A stretch of 64,000 nt of DNA. Source: Candidatus Cytomitobacter primus (lineage in GTDB: Bacteria > Pseudomonadota > Alphaproteobacteria > CAJXXZ01 > 1604HC). Numbering within the stretch: position 1 is the first letter of the stretch; each line of letters begins with the position of its first letter. The stretch is taken from NCBI RefSeq assembly GCF_008189405.1, contig NZ_CP043316.1, forward strand, positions 558,258 to 622,257, written 5' to 3'. A program made the translations under genes and the position numbers. Shown in pieces: positions 61,965 through 64,000 of the stretch. A model generated the notes under the pieces. The model worked only from the letters and a program-made list of their open reading frames with translations. It was not told the DNA's origin and did not search any database.

Positions 61965-63112
61965 GTGTAATATAAATGATTCATATTTAATCTGTTAATA
62001 TTTTTAATCACTATATGTAAATCATTTTTATTGAAATTATAAATCATCCCTTTCTTTTCTGTATATGCAAACAATTCGCCATTATTATTTAAAGAAAATA
62101 GCATTCCTTTATTTATAAATAAATCCCCATCATATTTATGTTTTACAAAGTATTTGCTGTTTTTGATATTGTTCATATCACTAATCATTATCTCATTATT
62201 CACAACCAAATAAACAAAACCATTAGATGCCAAAACTTTTTTTAAACCAAGAACATCGCATTCACTCTTAACGTTACCACTCATATCTAAAACAATAACC
62301 TTCTGATTAACTCTAGTAATAATATGATTATTATCATCACTAAAATCAAAGCTCTCAACTGTTTGAGATGTCATATGTGACCAAATATCCTCTCCATTAA
62401 AAATATCTATAGCTGTAATATCTCCATTTGAAGAAAGATATATAATCTTATTGTTTTTCAGAATTATAGAGTTCTTAATACCAATATGATTGTTGGTCAT
62501 TTTTACTTTTTCCCACAATATCTCAAACTTACTATCAATCACCTTAAATGCTTTGAAATGACCTGTAGTGCTAGCAACGATTACCTTGTCGTTAATTTTA
62601 GCACAATAAGCTAAAGGTGAATTTAAAGAGCCTTTATACACAACATTCGATCTATTGTTATATGTATCTATTATGTAGAAATGATTTGAAAGATCTCCGA
62701 TCATGTAAGTATGCTTTCCTATTTTCTTCAAGCTTAATTCTGTACCATGAAATTTAAAATCTTTATTTATTAAATTTTTACTAGATATAGAATTAGCCAC
62801 ACCATTGGTAGATATAGCCTTATTTGCAACCTTGCTCCCATTATTGATTTGATTCTTATCACCACTACCATTGATCTGATTAGAACCATCATTTAAGTAA
62901 GCTTTTCCATTCCTATACACAATCACATTTTGATAATCAAAATCAATTTCCGGCACAAAATGCTTTTTCCAAGGTATGTTCTTAGTAATCTGTTCAAATT
63001 GAACATACGAACTACTTGTTTTCTTCCACTTTATATCACTGCCGTCACATCCTAATAAAAACACCGATATAAATATAGACAAACACTTAAAATTAAAAAA
63101 ACTCATAATCAA
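61961..63112 (-). CDS. bamB: BamB-like beta-propeller lipoprotein
   Basis: 383 aa. Lipobox LLGC. Repeated beta-strand-rich segments. Located between yfgM-like and der, the conserved position of bamB. PQQ motifs weak. Confidence 0.5.
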   Translation of the reverse strand: MIMSFFNFKCLSIFISVFLLGCDGSDIKWKKTSSSYVQFEQITKNIPWKKHFVPEIDFDYQNVIVYRNGKAYLNDGSNQINGSGDKNQINNGSKVANKAISTNGVANSISSKNLINKDFKFHGTELSLKKIGKHTYMIGDLSNHFYIIDTYNNRSNVVYKGSLNSPLAYCAKINDKVIVASTTGHFKAFKVIDSKFEILWEKVKMTNNHIGIKNSIILKNNKIIYLSSNGDITAIDIFNGEDIWSHMTSQTVESFDFSDDNNHIITRVNQKVIVLDMSGNVKSECDVLGLKKVLASNGFVYLVVNNEIMISDMNNIKNSKYFVKHKYDGDLFINKGMLFSLNNNGELFAYTEKKGMIYNFNKNDLHIVIKNINRLNMNHLYYT

Positions 63113-63660
63113 CCAATTAACTTTTTCTTGCTCAGTGGATTTTGGATTGAAACTTTATTTCCTACTAAAATAGGAAGCAAATTGAAATTATCAGGAGATG
63201 CATGTAAATTAACAACATCTAATTCATACGCCAACTCTATCCACGGACTATCTATAGATCTAAATTTATCCAATCTGTTTTTGTTTTTAAAATCAACTAA
63301 TATTTGCATTAAAACACCAAAATTTTCATCATTCTTAATATCTGTTAAAAAACTGTTAAATTCTTCTTGAGAAAGATCCAAATGTGTTAATAGTGATTTA
63401 GAAAGTAGAATAAACTTTAGCAACTCGTACTTTTTCCTGTTTTTAACAGCAATAATCTTAGCTTTCTTATAATTATCATTGCTAATCATTTGTGAAACCA
63501 TTTTAGATTCTATGGTTTGCTGTGACCTAACATTTAAATAATATAAAAAGAACCCAAGCATAAAACAAGCAAAGATAAGAAAGAACTTAGATTTGAGGAA
63601 GCTCTTTATTTGATCTTGAAAATAATCATTTTTTAAATCTTGCATAAAATTCATATACAA
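63109..63660 (-). CDS. YfgM-like membrane-anchored TPR-like protein
   Basis: 183 aa. One N-terminal TM helix then a helical domain. Position upstream of bamB-der. Confidence 0.45.
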   Translation of the reverse strand: MYMNFMQDLKNDYFQDQIKSFLKSKFFLIFACFMLGFFLYYLNVRSQQTIESKMVSQMISNDNYKKAKIIAVKNRKKYELLKFILLSKSLLTHLDLSQEEFNSFLTDIKNDENFGVLMQILVDFKNKNRLDKFRSIDSPWIELAYELDVVNLHASPDNFNLLPILVGNKVSIQNPLSKKKLIG

Positions 63661-64000
63661 AGTTTACTTGATAGTTATTCACATTTCAACTTAACTTTTA
63701 AACATACAAAAAGTGGGTTTTTGTGTGATTCATTGGGGCATTAAAAGTTATTCACAGATTCCAAAGCCCCATAAAAATAATCAATACTATAATTAATTAT
63801 ATTTATTTATAATTTATAAACTTAGGTTTGGCTCACACCTTATATAGTCATGTATATACAATAATAGGATTTGTTTTCAACAACATTTCTAATAATATCA
63901 TTTGAAATAGTTACAAATAAAAGCCATATTAATAATAATTAAAATCAAAATTTCAATTGAATCTTAGAGTTTCAATCAATGGTTTTTTTGTAAAAAATTT

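Noticed and set aside
1-64000. Looked for a CRISPR array, a transposase or IS element, an integrase and an rRNA gene
   Set aside because: No regularly spaced direct repeats with unique spacers, no DDE or serine/tyrosine recombinase-like ORFs, and no rRNA-like segments were seen. The only large repeats are the paralogue-family blocks.

Overview
This is an AT-rich, gene-dense stretch that reads as bacterial. The mix of a CtrA-pathway ChpT, an ATP/ADP translocase (Tlc), a rickettsial-type phospholipase D and skp directly abutting fabZ with no lpxD between points to an alphaproteobacterial, Rickettsiales- or Holosporales-like obligate intracellular lineage. That assignment is inference from gene content, not a database hit.

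Most of the window is ordinary housekeeping: bamA-skp-fabZ, rseP, asd, dapB, uppP, pyrG-secG, cca, tatD, a tRNA-Cys, priA, iscS-iscU-iscA, rsmD, hflK-hflC, lepB-rnc, recA, yifB, chpT, rsmE, tsaC, dnaX, tkt, and yfgM-bamB-der. The interesting part is roughly 5.0-30.5 kb plus one orphan gene:

- An overlapping tssL-tssM-tssA type VI secretion module at 5.0-10.5 kb, a vgrG at 25.8-28.8 kb translationally coupled to a MORN-repeat gene, and a lone tssE-like gene at 51.2 kb. The remaining core T6SS genes (tssB, tssC, hcp, tssF, tssG, tssK, tssJ, clpV) are not in this window.
- Three paralogues of an unrecognised signal-peptide protein family of about 530 aa. Two flank vgrG and its MORN-repeat partner, and the third directly follows tssA. 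They share near-identical nucleotide blocks, a conserved TTGTTA-N17-CATAAT promoter and an AAGGGAG ribosome-binding site. These blocks are interleaved with hypervariable cassettes, and one copy is broken by a deletion plus frameshift.

This repeat-bounded vgrG region and mosaic family is the best candidate for an undescribed system, either T6SS-associated cargo or immunity genes, or a gene-conversion-driven variable surface or secreted protein family. Other notable items are a TPR lipoprotein fused to a secretin-like C-terminal domain, a leucine-rich-repeat protein gene split at an A9 homopolymer, a Cys-rich extension on IscS, low-complexity inserts in housekeeping proteins, and several orphan secreted or coiled-coil ORFs. 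No CRISPR array, transposase or rRNA gene was seen.
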